From: Felis catus | Lineage: Eukaryota | Assembly: GCF_018350175.1 (NCBI RefSeq) | Contig: NC_058368.1 | Coordinates: 68,078,001-68,142,000, forward strand | DNA: 64,000 bases | Reading direction: 5' to 3' | The notes under the pieces: model-generated | What the model was told of the DNA's origin: nothing | Database searches by the model: none | What the model saw: the letters and a program-made list of their open reading frames with translations, nothing else | Made by a program: the position numbers and the translations under genes | Part shown: positions 63,019 to 64,000 of the stretch, in pieces | Position numbering within the stretch: the first letter of the stretch is position 1 | Layout of the letters: each line of letters begins with the position of its first letter

Positions 63019-64000
63019 AAGGATAATTTTACTGCTTATATTTTTCTTTTGTGCTTCAGTTATATTTAGTAAGAAACATCATTTCTCTGTTCCACTGTTG
63101 TCCTTTAATATGCTGAGAATGTGCTCCTAAACTTGAAAACTGATATCTCTTAGGATGCCTCCGAGATGAAATCTTTAAATTATTGATGATACATGCTGTA
63201 CGTTGTTATTTAGATCATGTGTTGGTATTTGTATATCAAGGCGTTTTAGTAAGAGGGATGGGTTCCTAAAATCAGACTGTAAATTGATTCGTCATTCCCT
63301 GTTGACTCCTGTCATAACTTCTGATTTGATGTCCATTGGCAATGCTGCCTTATGTTTTCAAAGCTGAGCTTCCTTTTTTTCCACTAGCTTCATTGCCATC
63401 AAGTAGTTGGATACTTACAAAGATCAGGAAAATGCATTTGGTGAATAAGGACATGACCATGAAGCCTTTTGTCAATCAAATCATCTTTTATGTTGTAAAT
63501 AATCAGTACTGGCTGTAAGGTAGTGTTTTTTTTTTTTTTTTTAAGTGGAACATGCATTCAATTAAAATAATATTCTTGGCCACATTGAATGCTTCTACAC
63601 CAATTTTACTTTTGGTATAGGTGAATATATTTCATAACACCTACCCAAAATTTTTGGAATCCTTAAAAATCATTCCTTTTACCTTCGTGAGGAAAATAGA
63701 TTTAAAAAATTTCAAGAATGTATGCCTAATGGAATTCTATGTCTAAGACAGCATGCTTGCTCTTTGACGTATGTGTGCCTTATATACTGAAGAGGCCGGC
63801 TGGCAATGTGTGATGATATTCAGAAAGAGTCATGAGAAATAATAAATGATACTACAATGGGCATGCGAACCAAGCCATACCGTTAGGTTCTCTAAGATCT
63901 ATCTTTATATTATTGAAGTAAGAGGAAATAGCATTTCTAGCCTCTATTAGCTTTCTTCCCCCAAAGAACTGCCTTTGGAAGCTATGATTTAATGTTATAT

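Noticed and set aside
1..64000. tRNA genes, CRISPR arrays, prokaryotic systems, named host gene
   Set aside because: tRNA-like boxes all belong to SINE heads; the sequence is mammalian with no repeat-spacer array; no exon was recognised that would identify a gene

Overview
Mammalian non-coding DNA, almost certainly from a felid (cat family). About 26 tRNA-derived carnivore SINEs are present, six of them the young felid SINEC_Fc type with near-perfect target-site duplications (TSDs). They lie over an older eutherian repeat layer (L1MA8/L1MC4/L1M, HAL1, L2, L3/CR1, MIR, MaLR and ERVL LTRs, MER5A) and several microsatellites. I found no recognisable protein-coding exon, RNA gene or CpG island. 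The ORF track is explained by SINEs, simple repeats and chance. The window reads like a long intron or gene desert with repeat-free stretches that may be conserved regulatory elements. The most notable unexplained structures are a dispersed, about 81%-identical non-coding duplicate at 33.1 and 35.2 kb, a recursive-splice-site-like CAG|GTAAGA with a ~119-nt AG-free zone at 63.0 kb, a ~69-bp palindrome at 52.3 kb, and a twin-primed inverted L1. Repeat family names are from memory of consensus sequences, not a search, and boundaries of old repeats are approximate. I found no convincing novel biological system.
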